Assembly (NCBI GenBank): GCA_030248215.1
Contig: JASANG010002859.1
Span: 124,001-188,000 of the forward strand
DNA from: Enoplolaimus lenunculus
Lineage: Eukaryota
Direction: 5' to 3'
DNA: 64,000 bases
The notes beneath the pieces are model-generated. The model saw nothing but the letters and a program-made list of their open reading frames with translations, was not told the DNA's origin and did no database searches. Of this stretch, positions 63,716-64,000 are shown in pieces; position 1 is the first letter of the stretch, and each line of letters starts with the position of its first letter. The position numbers and the translations under genes are program-made.

Positions 63716-64000
63716 GACCCGTGTATAGAGCAGGGCCGGAACAGTAGTATAAGCATATTCCTTAGCCTAAGCCTAAGCGTAAGCCTAAGCGTATGGATGA
63801 GCATATTCCTAAGCCTAAGCCTAAGCGTGAGCCTAAGCGTATAGATGAGCATATTCCTAAGCCTAAGCCTAAGCCTAAGCGTATATATGAGCATATTCCT
63901 AAGCCTAAGCCTAAGCCTAAGCCTAAGCGTATAGATGAGCATATTCCTAAGCCTAAGCGTAAGCCTAAGCGCATGGATGAGCCTATTCCTAAGCCTAAGC
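63716..64000. repeat. Telomeric-repeat MITE with expanded (GCCTAA)n array, running off the window end
   Basis: GACCCGTGTATAGAGCAGGG terminus, then repeating GCGTATAGATGAGCATATTCCTAA(GCCTAA)n units. Confidence 0.85.

Noticed and set aside
62730..63974. LSLSLS / LRLRLR / LGLGLG ORFs (also 10515..10862, 38848..39039, 14365..14794)
   Set aside because: Translations of TTAGGC/GCCTAA repeats inside MITEs.
63716..64000. True telomere or programmed chromosome-breakage site at the window end
   Set aside because: Repeats are spacer-interrupted, start with a MITE TIR, and have the C-rich strand on +, which is the wrong orientation for a right-hand chromosome end.
1..64000. Autonomous transposase or reverse-transcriptase ORF
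   Set aside because: No ORF in the track or in my reading shows DDE, RT or helicase motifs; all elements seen are short and non-autonomous.

Overview
AT-rich, intron-rich eukaryotic genomic DNA, most likely from a nematode: TTAGGC/GCCTAA telomere-type hexamers, TTTCAG/TTTTAG acceptors and nematode-type cysteine-rich modules. It is not prokaryotic, and I found no CRISPR array, rRNA or intact transposase. By hand-threading GT-AG exons with matching phases I reconstruct three coding units. (A) A large + strand low-complexity, poly-Q protein gene, 5'-incomplete, with exons from 1480 to about 32537 and two AKAP2-C/MISP-like 'I..EI.....RE.EL.R' helices. (B) A + strand block from 39150 to 46390 that repeats two exons of A in reverse order and adds a run of 84-90 nt phase-1 exons, each encoding one V-x-x-L-R-x-x-F-E-like motif; it is either a paralog or an alternative 3' end of A. 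(C) A convergent - strand secreted-type mosaic gene, 5'-incomplete, from 62210 to 48685, reading CUB-PAN-TSP1-MAM(split by two Cys-rich CC exons)-MAM-PAN. Introns and intergenic DNA hold at least eight non-autonomous DNA-transposon (MITE) families. These include one that carries and expands telomeric repeats (8-bp TSD) and a ~252-bp CACTG-ended family (2-bp TSD), plus several satellites. All gene models are manual and unverified by transcript data; domain names come from motif recognition, not database searches.
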